A program made the position numbers and the translations under genes. DNA of 33,433 bases from a virus (lineage: Duplodnaviria; Heunggongvirae; Uroviricota; Caudoviricetes), in the IMG/VR virus record IMGVR_UViG_2917849834_000007, positions 1-33,433 of that record, one strand, 5' to 3'. Shown one piece after another: positions 26,653 to 33,433 of the stretch (positions within the stretch are counted from its first letter, which is position 1; every line of letters begins with the position of its first letter). A model generated the notes under the pieces. It saw nothing but the letters and a program-made list of their open reading frames with translations. It was not told the origin of the DNA and made no database searches.

Positions 26653-28926
26653 TTACCACCTCGAAAATGCTTCCCACGCCTTCTGAACATGGTAATGAAA
26701 TTCTTTTGCGCCATAGTTCACAATTGCACCACGCGCCAGCGCCTCAAGCTCCCATCGCTGCGGCCTGATACCGTTCTGAGCAAGGTCTACACGGATACGG
26801 GTAATTTGCAATCGTTCCGACCGGGTCAGCCTGGCTGATGGCGCTATTTCATGCGGTTTTAACGGGCTTCCGTTTCTTTGCTGACGATTTGGTGTTCTCA
26901 GTCCGTGTTTTAATGCACCTCTGAGCGCCCTCACGACCTCCGGGTCATTCCATTCGATAACACCGTCATCAACCAGATTAAGCACTGCTGCGGCGTGCTC
27001 AGAAGGTGTGGGAGCCGGTAACGAAGTATCACCACCGGTGACCTTTCCACAGTTATTGACAGGACTCCGAGGCGCGGCGATGCCGCTTTTTAAAGTCAAA
27101 GGCTCAACGACCGGCACTTTCGGAACAATGCGCCAGTCCGTCGTTCTGGTGATATGAATATGACGCGCGCCGAGATGCGGCGCGTAAATGCCGACCACTC
27201 TCTCGACTTCTTCCTCGTACTCGTTAACTTCATCCGACGGACTACGGGCGACCCTGACAGTCTGACAATCGCGCGGGACATTTGCCCCACCCTGCGCGCT
27301 GATATACAGCGCAAAATCACCACTGTCTGCGGCGGCGCGTGCAGCCTCGACACGCTCGTCAAACTCATCAGCAATGCTGACGCCGCGAGGCAATTTGCGT
27401 AGTTCACGGTAAGCCCCCATTGTCGGCAGGCCAACCGTTTTAAATTGCGGAATGCGCCACGTTGACGCCCATGTGGTAACAGCCGCAGCAGTATCTTTCA
27501 GCGGCCTGCCGGTGTCGTTATCGAGCTGCCCATCCAGTGCATAGCCGTCGATATTTTTTGAGATGTATTTCGCGATATACCCCGCAGCACCGCCCCGGTT
27601 AAGGTGTTTTGCCTGAAAACGGTTTCGCGCGGCTCCTCTTTCGTCGCCATCCTCTTTGAGCGCATAGCGACGCATGATTTCGATAATCTGGTTACGCTGG
27701 CGTGGATTACAAAAAAGCATCATATGCCAGTGCGGCGTTCCGTCGTGGTGTGGCTCGACGACACGCAAACCGTAGACCTGTAAATCATTATCCTTGAATG
27801 CCGTGCGCATCAGGCTCCAGATACGGCAGAGATAACGCTGCGCATCCTTTGGATTAAATGCCTCATCGTTCCAGCCGTGATTAAGCTGAACGGTTTTACT
27901 TTCGCCTTTTCCGACCTGACGTGTCGGGTGATACTTTGACGGCGCGGTCAGCGTGATAAACATCCCCACATCACCCTCTGCGGCGGCGTAACGCTCAATA
28001 CCGGCAATGGTGTTCATCAGCTCCATCCGGCGAATTTCTGGATTAGAAATACTGCCCATCACCTTACTGATAAGGTCGATGCGCTCGCCGGTTTCCCTGT
28101 TTTCGAGGTCGCACGATTTAAGAAATTCCAGATTTGCCTGGCGGCGTGCACGCACATCACGAATGGCATGTTTACTGGCATAAGGAGAACGGTCTTTATT
28201 GACCTCCCCGACAGCAATCAGTAACGCCTCATGCCAGCGCATACGCTGGCCTTTAAGCTGACTAATCCACCACTCATCGTTAAACAGACGGGCAATGGCA
28301 GAATATGCCTGCCTCGTGGTCATCTGTCCTTTACGGTATTTTTTCCAGTAGAGAGGGGAAATATTGAAAGCACGTGCAGCGCCAGCAACATGACCATACA
28401 GGTGAGCCTGCGCCTCATCCGTAAACAGTGATTCTTTTTCGCCATGCGCATCCACCCAGGCATCGCTGAGTTCCTCATACATCATGAAAAGCTGCGATGA
28501 GATACGGGCAGCAAACTTTTTCAGCTCCTTGTCATTCATTCCCGGCAGGCGCGCATAGTGGTCACGCTCTGCCAGAAACAGCAACGACGCGTCGGTGTTC
28601 ATTTCATGGCGCTGATTCACACGCTCAATGCGCGGCCATAAACGACGCTGAAAAGTGGATGTGAGGAAATAAAACCCGTGCACCGGGCTTTTATTGCGCC
28701 GGATGTAGTCATAGCGTGAAGTAAACAGCGAACGCAAAAAGTAAGGCAGGCGGTTAATCGTGGATAAAACACCTTGCACCTGACGCATCTCGTCACGTGT
28801 AAGGGGTCTTTCGCGCCCGACAGCCTCGCGTGGCGCGTTCCATGCATAAGCACCGGAAAACGTCTTACCGGTGCCTGCGGTAAATGCTGACGGAGGGACA
28901 AAACGCCCGGAGGCTTTAACGGCCAT
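26653..28926 (-). CDS. A: Replication initiation endonuclease A (rolling-circle initiator), about 757 aa
   Basis: ATG at 28924-28926 inside ORF 26653..28968 gives MAVKASGRFVPPSAF..., matching P2 gpA as recalled; the start at 28968 is an alternative. Confidence 0.85.
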   Translation of the reverse strand: MAVKASGRFVPPSAFTAGTGKTFSGAYAWNAPREAVGRERPLTRDEMRQVQGVLSTINRLPYFLRSLFTSRYDYIRRNKSPVHGFYFLTSTFQRRLWPRIERVNQRHEMNTDASLLFLAERDHYARLPGMNDKELKKFAARISSQLFMMYEELSDAWVDAHGEKESLFTDEAQAHLYGHVAGAARAFNISPLYWKKYRKGQMTTRQAYSAIARLFNDEWWISQLKGQRMRWHEALLIAVGEVNKDRSPYASKHAIRDVRARRQANLEFLKSCDLENRETGERIDLISKVMGSISNPEIRRMELMNTIAGIERYAAAEGDVGMFITLTAPSKYHPTRQVGKGESKTVQLNHGWNDEAFNPKDAQRYLCRIWSLMRTAFKDNDLQVYGLRVVEPHHDGTPHWHMMLFCNPRQRNQIIEIMRRYALKEDGDERGAARNRFQAKHLNRGGAAGYIAKYISKNIDGYALDGQLDNDTGRPLKDTAAAVTTWASTWRIPQFKTVGLPTMGAYRELRKLPRGVSIADEFDERVEAARAAADSGDFALYISAQGGANVPRDCQTVRVARSPSDEVNEYEEEVERVVGIYAPHLGARHIHITRTTDWRIVPKVPVVEPLTLKSGIAAPRSPVNNCGKVTGGDTSLPAPTPSEHAAAVLNLVDDGVIEWNDPEVVRALRGALKHGLRTPNRQQRNGSPLKPHEIAPSARLTRSERLQITRIRVDLAQNGIRPQRWELEALARGAIVNYGAKEFHYHVQKAWEAFSRW

Positions 28927-29191
28927 ATGAGCCAAAAGCCTCTGAACAACGCCTGCTGAGTTGCTCAACCTGCGCGTTTAAATCAGCAAAAGACTTTGCG
29001 CTTCCGGTCAGAATATCGTGATGCATCAGGCCGGAAACGAGCTGGCTTAATTTCGGGTAATAACCAACCACCGCCAGCCATTCCTGACCGGCGTTTTTAC
29101 CGCTTTCAGCTCTCTTTTTCTCGTGGAGAATAAACTGAAAGCTGTCACTGGTAACGACATAACGTTCGCCAATTTCAATACGAATACTCAT
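28916..29191 (-). CDS. Early-operon protein, P2 orf83-like, 91 aa
   Basis: ORF track; position immediately upstream of A. Confidence 0.7.
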   Translation of the reverse strand: MSIRIEIGERYVVTSDSFQFILHEKKRAESGKNAGQEWLAVVGYYPKLSQLVSGLMHHDILTGSAKSFADLNAQVEQLSRRCSEAFGSYGR

Positions 29192-29412
29192 GCCATTCTC
29201 CGGTAATGCTTGTTTTTTGCTTCAAAGACTGACTGGCAGGAAACACAACGCGTGGCTGACGGATAAGCTGCACGACGGGCAGCAGGTATTGGCGCGTCAC
29301 ACTCTTCGCAAACCAGCGCAGAAGCACCGCAATGTTTTACCCTTGCCGCGTTAATCTGGCGCTCCAGTAATTCAGCCTGTTGTTCCTGAATAAAATCTAC
29401 GTTGTCCGGCAT
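29188..29412 (-). CDS. TraR/DksA-type C4 zinc-finger protein, P2 orf82-like, 74 aa
   Basis: ORF track; CEECDAPIP...CVSC four-cysteine motif. Confidence 0.75.
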   Translation of the reverse strand: MPDNVDFIQEQQAELLERQINAARVKHCGASALVCEECDAPIPAARRAAYPSATRCVSCQSVFEAKNKHYRRMA

Positions 29413-29717
29413 TACCAGTTCCTTTTGTCGTTAAGGTTTTTAAATTCATCAGCGCAATAGCTGGCGATTTCTGTCGTTAATTTCGTCAGTTCATCCACGG
29501 AGGAGATTTGCTTGTGAAACACAGCGCGTTTAACAAGTAAATTGACCACATCAGACAGGAGGTTTAATTCGTTCTGATAAATCGCGATAACAGACTCAGT
29601 TATTTCGCGTTTTTCTTTATCAAGACCAAGTTGAATAAGAGACAAATCGCCATTTTTCATAACGGCGATTTTTAAGGCGTTATTCAGTAATACAACTGAA
29701 CGAGAACAGGACATCAA
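29412..29717 (-). CDS. Early-operon protein, P2 orf81-like, 101 aa
   Basis: ORF track; position. Confidence 0.65.
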   Translation of the reverse strand: MMSCSRSVVLLNNALKIAVMKNGDLSLIQLGLDKEKREITESVIAIYQNELNLLSDVVNLLVKRAVFHKQISSVDELTKLTTEIASYCADEFKNLNDKRNW

Positions 29718-29938
29718 AGCACCTCCCCGCGAGACAATCCGATATTGTGAAATTTTTCCGACTCCTGACTGAGCAGCTCGACTATCTCCACGCGGGATAA
29801 CTCCGCCTTTGTGATGTGGCGAATCATGGCATCAAGATGAGAAGAAAAGCGCGTCGCAGCGTCGGCCTGTGCTTCGGTTCTGGCCTGTTGCAGCAGTAAT
29901 GCGTATTTACCGCACTGATTTTCAGAAACTGTATGCAT
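29714..29938 (-). CDS. Early-operon protein, P2 orf80-like, 74 aa
   Basis: ORF track; position. Confidence 0.65.
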   Translation of the reverse strand: MHTVSENQCGKYALLLQQARTEAQADAATRFSSHLDAMIRHITKAELSRVEIVELLSQESEKFHNIGLSRGEVL

Positions 29939-30001
29939 AACTTTCTCCAGGCAAAAAGAAGCCCCGCACGATTAAGTGCGTTAAAAACTCTGGTTAATTA
30001 C

Positions 30002-30508
30002 TTAATGCAGATATTGCTCTGGTTTTACCGACGTCAGAATTGTCGGTGCATACTCAAACAGACTGAATAATTCACGTAATGCACGGAATAAAGCATCACG
30101 CCAGTAACATGACTCTTCATTAATTCGCCAGTATGGCTGGTTGAATTCTTTTTCAGTCAATCCGGCATGCATAAATAAAGTACGGCGCTGACTGACTGTT
30201 AAAAAACTAATATATGCATACTCACTTGCACCGACCTGACGACGTTTTGAGAATGCCCCACGCAATTCATCAATTGCACATACCAGTCGTTCACGTTCGA
30301 CGTCGTTCATTTCTTCAAAACGCATCGTTGCGTGACGCTGTTTTAACTGCGCATGAAAGCAAACTGTTAGCCGTTCGCGCTCCATCATCTGATTATAATA
30401 ATCACATGTATCCTGCCAGCGAGGAACGGCAAGATGCTTACCAATTATCCGGCGCATAGCTGCTGGCTGTTTTTCAACGAGATTGAGCGTCATCACTGTC
30501 ATTTCCAT
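30002..30508 (-). CDS. B: Replication protein B (helicase loader), about 166-168 aa
   Basis: ORF track; sequence matches P2 gpB as recalled (MTVMTLNLVEKQPAAMRRIIGKH...); true start may be the third codon (30502). Confidence 0.85.
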   Translation of the reverse strand: MEMTVMTLNLVEKQPAAMRRIIGKHLAVPRWQDTCDYYNQMMERERLTVCFHAQLKQRHATMRFEEMNDVERERLVCAIDELRGAFSKRRQVGASEYAYISFLTVSQRRTLFMHAGLTEKEFNQPYWRINEESCYWRDALFRALRELFSLFEYAPTILTSVKPEQYLH

Positions 30509-30714
30509 ACCCTCCGGCTTTTCAGAAAGGTCAGAGCCTTTTTTAACGGACTCTGTTTTTTGGTGCGGATAATGATTCCCTTACGCCCCTTACCGTGGGT
30601 GATGGTGAAGTCAATCGCCCTTGGGCTTTCGTTACGCAATAACTGAGCAATACAACGAGGTTCCGGCATAACTCCTCCTGAAACAGAGCCGGTTTTTAGC
30701 CATGTCCGGCACAT
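30499..30714 (-). CDS. Small early-operon protein, P2 orf78-like, 71 aa
   Basis: The ORF track entry 30499..30747 begins at a TTG; the first ATG is at 30712-30714 (MCRTWLKTG...). Start choice is uncertain. Confidence 0.5.
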   Translation of the reverse strand: MCRTWLKTGSVSGGVMPEPRCIAQLLRNESPRAIDFTITHGKGRKGIIIRTKKQSPLKKALTFLKSRRVWK

Positions 30715-30768
30715 GGTCTTGTGGTAAGATCGAATCGCCAAAAACAACCAACCACAAAAGGTGTAAAA

Positions 30769-30975
30769 ATGGACAAAAAAACTGTTACTGTATTTCCAGA
30801 CAAAATCACTATCGATGGTATTGTCAGTGAGGGTAAGATGAGACTACTCGCACACCTTCATACCGACTTAAACCTAAAAAGCGATAATGTTCTTGCAATT
30901 AGTATTCAACTCGAGCAATTAAAAAATCTTCATGCTACTATCGGCGAATACTTAGAGCTGAATAAAGAAAAATAA
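30769..30975 (+). CDS. Small protein of unknown function, 68 aa; AT-rich, antisense to the early operon
   Basis: ATG at 30769 preceded by AAGGTG; the ORF track entry begins at an upstream GTG (30721). Stop TAA 30973-30975 lies 2 nt from the stop of the convergent 198-aa gene. Confidence 0.55.
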   Translation: MDKKTVTVFPDKITIDGIVSEGKMRLLAHLHTDLNLKSDNVLAISIQLEQLKNLHATIGEYLELNKEK

Positions 30976-30977
30976 TT

Positions 30978-31574
30978 TCAATCTACTTTGCGCCATGAGT
31001 ATTTTTGCATTCCTGGCGCATATTTTTCTACAGCATTAATAATACTCAGCGCATCAAATTCGCTATAACCTTTTTCGTCACCCGATAACTTTGATACTCC
31101 GTAGTACACATGACCGATAAACCTGTCATTTTCATAACAAGCTCTACAGTATAGAGTCACATAGTTGCGTAATGGGGTTAGCTCGCAACCAATAATAGAA
31201 AGATCACCAAAACGCAAAATCTCAAATTTACTTGATTTGCTTCTTTTTGTTTTAGTTGGGGCATGTTGATTCTGGCTGATTAACGCAAATGACTCTTGTA
31301 AATTATTTATAATCTCATTACGTTCATCTCTTTTGTTATTTTCCAGCCTGACACATCCACATTTAATTAAATGCGTCAAAGTCTCAATTTCTGCAGCTCT
31401 TACAGGTAAAGCCAGAAAATTAACTTCTTCTTCTAATTTTTTCGCTTCAATTTCTATGTCATCAACTATGGCTGATACGTTAGATTGCCCTTCAATCGAC
31501 AAAAGTCTCGTGCGCAGCTCGATGATCAACGATTGAATTTTTTTAGCTGCCGTGTTTCCTACTATAGTGTTCAT
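30978..31574 (-). CDS. Protein of unknown function, 198 aa; AT-rich cargo between cox and orf78
   Basis: ORF track; ATG at 31572-31574; no motif I recognise. Confidence 0.7.
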   Translation of the reverse strand: MNTIVGNTAAKKIQSLIIELRTRLLSIEGQSNVSAIVDDIEIEAKKLEEEVNFLALPVRAAEIETLTHLIKCGCVRLENNKRDERNEIINNLQESFALISQNQHAPTKTKRSKSSKFEILRFGDLSIIGCELTPLRNYVTLYCRACYENDRFIGHVYYGVSKLSGDEKGYSEFDALSIINAVEKYAPGMQKYSWRKVD

Positions 31575-31583
31575 AACATGCCC

Positions 31584-31940
31584 TCACACCATACGCCCTA
31601 ATTTCGACTTGCTATAACTAATGCGGTTCTTCCAGTCATGCCATTCTGTCGGAGCTTCATCGACTAGTTGAGCTGCATATTTGTCCCACTCACGACGATT
31701 AATCCATAACTCAGCATTCCCCCCTGGCTTCAGTGGGTCTGTCATATAGAACGCAGGGAGCTTGCCTGCTCTCGCCATTTCTGCTACAGCGCGTGGTGTC
31801 TTACCTATGTAAAGAGCAAAACCCTCTTTCGACAGCAAATCTGAAGGCACAGCAGCCAATTTAACTGAATGACGTTTTGCTTTTGTAAGAACTGAGACTT
31901 CTTGTCTTGTCTCGTCAGAAATTTCAGATCCGACATTCAT
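31584..31940 (-). CDS. cox: Cox-like excisionase / early transcriptional regulator, 118 aa
   Basis: ORF track; ATG at 31938-31940; the segment FALYIGKTPRAVAEMARAGKLPAFYMTDP resembles the Cox DNA-binding region; first gene of the early operon, divergent from C. Confidence 0.7.
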   Translation of the reverse strand: MNVGSEISDETRQEVSVLTKAKRHSVKLAAVPSDLLSKEGFALYIGKTPRAVAEMARAGKLPAFYMTDPLKPGGNAELWINRREWDKYAAQLVDEAPTEWHDWKNRISYSKSKLGRMV

Positions 31941-32044
31941 TTTGCTATTCTCCTAATTGGCTCCACAAACTAAAGCTAGTTAGAGTTGGCTAGAGTTAGG
32001 TGTGGAATATCACAACGGATTAAAAATAAGAGATCTGATTCATT
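31941..32044. promoter_or_regulatory. Immunity switch region between cox and C (expected early and repressor promoters plus operator)
   Basis: Position between divergent cox and C; direct repeat tagagtt at 31981-31987 and 31991-31997. Confidence 0.55.
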
Positions 32045-32344
32045 ATGTCAATTGAGATTCGTGAGAAACTTAAACTTATTCGTGAGTCTGAACGCCTCAA
32101 GAAGAAGGAAGTAGCTGAAATGACAGGTATTAATTACGTTACCTATGTGGGGTACGAAAATGGGAAATCATCCATTTCACATGACGCGGTAGTGCGACTT
32201 CTGAAACACCCAAGATTCCGTAAATATCGTGACTGGTTCATGTTTGATGAGACAGATCCCGCTGCCGGACAAATAGCCCCGGCGCTCGCACACATTGGGC
32301 AAGACTCAACAACCTTGCACCACTCAGACCAAAAGACTGGCTGA
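32045..32344 (+). CDS. C: Immunity repressor C, 99 aa
   Basis: ORF track; ATG at 32045; the segment GQIAPALAH and the 99-aa length resemble P2-type C repressors as recalled. Confidence 0.75.
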   Translation: MSIEIREKLKLIRESERLKKKEVAEMTGINYVTYVGYENGKSSISHDAVVRLLKHPRFRKYRDWFMFDETDPAAGQIAPALAHIGQDSTTLHHSDQKTG

Positions 32345-32437
32345 CGATTTATTCAGCATATGTGTGCAGTAAATGTACGAAAGAAAATTGCATTAATTTT
32401 CAAGTAGTAGAAGTAAACAGCGTCATCGGAGGGCTTT

Positions 32438-33433
32438 ATGTCTATTAAAAAGCTCGATGATGGTCGTTATGAAGTGGACGTCAGACCGCAGGGTGCAGAT
32501 GGAAAACGTATCAGGCGGAAATTTAAAACTAAGGGTGAAGCTCAAGCATTCGAACGTCATGTCCTGGTTAACTACCACAACAAAGAGTGGTTGGAGAAGC
32601 CAGCCGACCGCCGAACTCTTACAGAGTTGTTAGGCAGATGGTGGATATATCACGGAAAATCACATGAGCGTGGAGATATTGAACGGGGGCGTTTGACGAC
32701 AATAATCGCCAAATTTGCAGAAATGGGAGTGTCCAGAGCTGACCAGCTAACAAAGAAAACGATAACTGATTATCGCGTTGTAATGATGAACGATGGTCTT
32801 AAACCAGCCAGCGTAAATCGGCATCTGGCAATAATGAGCGGGATGTTCACCAAGTTAATTGACGCCGGTGAATACCACTCTCACAACCCGTTCCGTGAGG
32901 TTAAGCGGTTACGTGAAGCTGTTACGGAAATGGCTTTTTTGTCCAGTGAAGAGATTACGCGGCTGTTATCCATGCTTGATGGTGATGAATTAAATGCAAC
33001 TCTGGTCTGCCTTTCTACTGGTGGACGCTGGAGTGAAGTGTCAAATTTAAAAGCTGAACACATCATTAACCAGATGGTTACGTTTATGAAAACTAAAAAC
33101 GGAAAGCGCAGGACAATTCCCGTGTCGCAGGACCTGATTAAACGGATCAAGACCAAAAATTCAGGCAGGCTTTTTAATGCCAGTTACTACAAAGTGCGCA
33201 ACGCTCTCAGGGAAGTAAAACCCGATTTACCTGACGGACAGGCAGTGCATGTTTTGAGGCATACATTTGCCACACATTTTATAATGAATGGAGGTAACAT
33301 AATCACATTGCAGCGCATCCTGGGTCATTCTAACATTCAGCAAACTATGACCTACGCACACTTTGCACCGGATTTCTTACAAGATGCTGTGACTCTTAAC
33401 CCGGTGTCAGGAATGTCCATAATGCGTCCATAA
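32438..33433 (+). CDS. int: Tyrosine integrase, 331 aa
   Basis: ORF track; GGAGGG ribosome-binding site before ATG 32438; C-terminal HxLRHTFAT...GHS...Y catalytic-motif region of tyrosine recombinases. Confidence 0.9.
   Translation: MSIKKLDDGRYEVDVRPQGADGKRIRRKFKTKGEAQAFERHVLVNYHNKEWLEKPADRRTLTELLGRWWIYHGKSHERGDIERGRLTTIIAKFAEMGVSRADQLTKKTITDYRVVMMNDGLKPASVNRHLAIMSGMFTKLIDAGEYHSHNPFREVKRLREAVTEMAFLSSEEITRLLSMLDGDELNATLVCLSTGGRWSEVSNLKAEHIINQMVTFMKTKNGKRRTIPVSQDLIKRIKTKNSGRLFNASYYKVRNALREVKPDLPDGQAVHVLRHTFATHFIMNGGNIITLQRILGHSNIQQTMTYAHFAPDFLQDAVTLNPVSGMSIMRP

Noticed and set aside
26629-26838. 69-aa plus-strand ORF overlapping the 3' end of gene A
   Set aside because: Antisense to a confidently called gene, with no ribosome-binding site; most likely spurious.
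1-33433. tRNA, rRNA, transposase or insertion-sequence elements
   Set aside because: No cloverleaf-compatible conserved tRNA sequence, rRNA-like region, transposase ORF or terminal inverted repeats were recognised; the cargo loci have no associated mobility genes and appear to be phage morons.

Overview
This window is almost a complete P2-like (Peduovirus) prophage of an enterobacterium, read in the opposite orientation to the usual P2 map. It runs ogr-D-U-T-E/E'-FII-FI-[cargo]-G-H-I-J-W-V-S-R-lysCBA-K-Y-X-L-M-N-O on the minus strand, P-Q on the plus strand, then cos, a three-gene AT-rich cargo operon, A-orf83-orf82-orf81-orf80-B-orf78, a second small cargo insert, cox, C and int. Backbone calls rest on recalled similarity to P2 proteins and on gene order; no database search was run. 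The most interesting feature is the three-gene operon (23121-26542) at the cos-proximal position where P2 carries tin/old. It encodes a 306-aa protein of unknown fold, a 158-aa small protein and a 673-aa Rad50/SbcC-like ABC ATPase with Walker A, a CPTCG zinc hook and Walker B. That architecture matches the effector / middle component / ABC ATPase layout of ABC-3C or Lamassu-family defence systems, but the effector domain is unassigned and the family call is inference. Two further AT-rich cargo loci sit at the Z/fun position (234-aa zinc-ribbon protein, 6970-7674) and inside the early operon between cox and orf78 (198-aa gene plus a convergent 68-aa gene). No tRNA, rRNA, CRISPR array or transposase was seen. 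attL and attR lie outside the window.
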